Of a stretch of DNA of 64,000 nt, positions 62,617 to 64,000 are shown one piece after another (the stretch's first letter is position 1; every line of letters begins with the position of its first letter). The position numbers and the translations under genes are program-made. Origin of the DNA: an uncultured Nitrospiraceae bacterium (GTDB lineage Bacteria; Nitrospirota; Nitrospiria; Nitrospirales; Nitrospiraceae); assembly GCA_963846575.1 (NCBI GenBank), contig CAWJWJ010000002.1, positions 96,001-160,000 on the forward strand, in the 5' to 3' direction. Under the pieces are notes generated by a model. That model was not told where the DNA came from. It saw only the letters and a list, made by a program, of their open reading frames with translations, and did no database searches.

Positions 62617-63267
62617 CGGCGAAGTCCACCGCGAGCGACGGGGTTTTCTCTCATCCTGGCAAAGCCTCCCTCAATTGCCTCGTCAAGTTCGAGCAGCCGG
62701 CTTTACAAGTTCCGTGGTCGCCTGACACCCGATTGAGACTTGCCAGTATGTCGTCATGTGCCGTTTCAATTGTGGCGGAAATCCCAACTCTAATCAATCC
62801 ATGGAATTGCACTAGCAGGAAATCAGTGTCTTTGTACGGGAACCGCATGGATACCAAGGCTCACAGATGGGTGCGTTCCAGATCACGTTAGTTGGGAGGT
62901 AAAGCAAGGTCCTTGCCGATTTGTTGACTCGGCCCTAGTTATAGGTAATGGACCGGCAGGCGTATGTTTGTGGCGCATGTTCTTATCAGAAGACCCGTCC
63001 TGAGGAACATCAGTATCACGGGAAGCACCTGAGCAGTGCACATTCGCACTGTACGCACCGAGCGAGATTTCACTATTCCTCCGGAGCAGTGGCGGGGGGG
63101 TGAGCGACAAATCAAAGAGTTCCCTATGATAACGACTTGTCTATTCGAGGCCTCGAACCGCGGCATCAATTGGTATCGATCTTGCGGTACCTCCGGGCAT
63201 CGGCCGAACCCGTTGTATGGAATTAGCTGGGCTGAGCCTCTGCGGACGCAAAGACATAAAGGATACC

Positions 63268-64000
63268 ATGGTGAGAAGTATGAAATTCAGCGTGGCGGTG
63301 GCAGTCCTTGCAGGAGTCACGGGCATGATTGGCACCGGTCAGAACGTCCAGGCTCAAAGCCTGACGATTGGAGCCGCCCCCAGTTTGAGGCCCCTGTTCA
63401 GCGAAATCCTCCCGATGTTTGAGAAGGAATACGGCGCCACGGTGCGCGCTCTGTACGGTCCTTCGCAAACGCTTCGCCGACAAATCGAAAAGGGTGCTGA
63501 AATTGATATGTTTTTTCCTGCGGCCGTTGAGGAACTCGAGAAGCTACAAAAGAAAGGACTGACGCTTCACCGGGGACTTCGGATCTACGCACAAACCAAT
63601 GTGGTGCTGGTCATGTCAACGGCCTCTCATGCAACCTCGGTTTCTTTTCATGATGCACTGCCGAATCGCGCGACCCGCATCGCCCTTGGAGACCCCACCA
63701 CATCCTCATTGGGAGAAATTACGGCTCGGGCGCTCACGAAACTGAATTCCGCGTACAAAAGCCGCTCCCGCCTAGTCCAGGCGCAACATGCGGAGGAGGT
63801 TCTGAGCCTAGTGCAGAAAGGCGTGGCCGACCTGGGCATTGTCTACCGCGTGGACGCGATCAACAGCGGGGACGTACGAATCATTGATGAAGCGCCGGCC
63901 GGGCTGACTGCGCCAGTCGAGTTCGGCCAAGCAGTGGTATGGACCTGCCGTGAGAACTCCCTGGCTGTCGCGGAAGAGTTTTTCGATTTCATCATGAGTC
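63268..64000 (+). CDS. Second ModA-like substrate-binding protein (runs off the window)
   Basis: Manual translation: LTIGAAPSLRP...ILPMFEKEY...IALGDP...FGQAVVWTCR; clear paralog of 52041; absent from the ORF track because it has no stop in the window. Confidence 0.8.
   Translation, partial: MVRSMKFSVAVAVLAGVTGMIGTGQNVQAQSLTIGAAPSLRPLFSEILPMFEKEYGATVRALYGPSQTLRRQIEKGAEIDMFFPAAVEELEKLQKKGLTLHRGLRIYAQTNVVLVMSTASHATSVSFHDALPNRATRIALGDPTTSSLGEITARALTKLNSAYKSRSRLVQAQHAEEVLSLVQKGVADLGIVYRVDAINSGDVRIIDEAPAGLTAPVEFGQAVVWTCRENSLAVAEEFFDFIMS

Noticed and set aside
63034..63051. Palindrome CAGTGC-N6-GCACTG as another copy of the Crp-type operator
   Set aside because: Half-sites differ and the -10 spacing does not match; single occurrence.
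1..64000. CRISPR array, rRNA or IS transposase
   Set aside because: No regularly spaced repeat-spacer array, rRNA-like stretch or transposase motif seen by eye.

Overview
This looks like chromosomal DNA from a Nitrospira-like bacterium, inferred from the respiratory gene cluster. It has four parts. (1) 1-14.7 kb is a surface-polysaccharide locus: MurJ-like flippase, three GT4 glycosyltransferases, Wzy-like protein, epimerase, WecA-like protein, Wzi, SLBB exporter and Wzz. (2) 14.8-33.1 kb is core-like: hpnH, a large respiratory cluster (two bd-like oxidase subunits, Rieske/cytochrome b, five c-type cytochromes, an EbdC/NxrC-like protein), ubiA, a caspase-like lipoprotein and an SGNH protein. 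(3) 33.2-48.2 kb is tRNA-Thr(CGT) followed by two tandem integrative elements bounded by three identical 45-bp copies of the tRNA 3' half. Each carries a tyrosine integrase, an Xis-like HTH and a rolling-circle initiator, from two unrelated families (Rep_trans and HUH). The 11.8-kb element has degenerate internal copies of its own right end and an apparent Crp-family mini-regulon. The 3.2-kb element carries only a DUF433/DUF5615 toxin-antitoxin pair, and its integrase ORF runs through the att core. (4) 48.2-64 kb holds accessory genes: DUF72, two orphan ModA-like paralogs, a DUF3365 heme protein, HAD, isochorismatase, a TrxB-like oxidoreductase and an RND efflux system. About eight single-base frameshifts may be sequencing errors. 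All family calls are by eye; no database searches were run.
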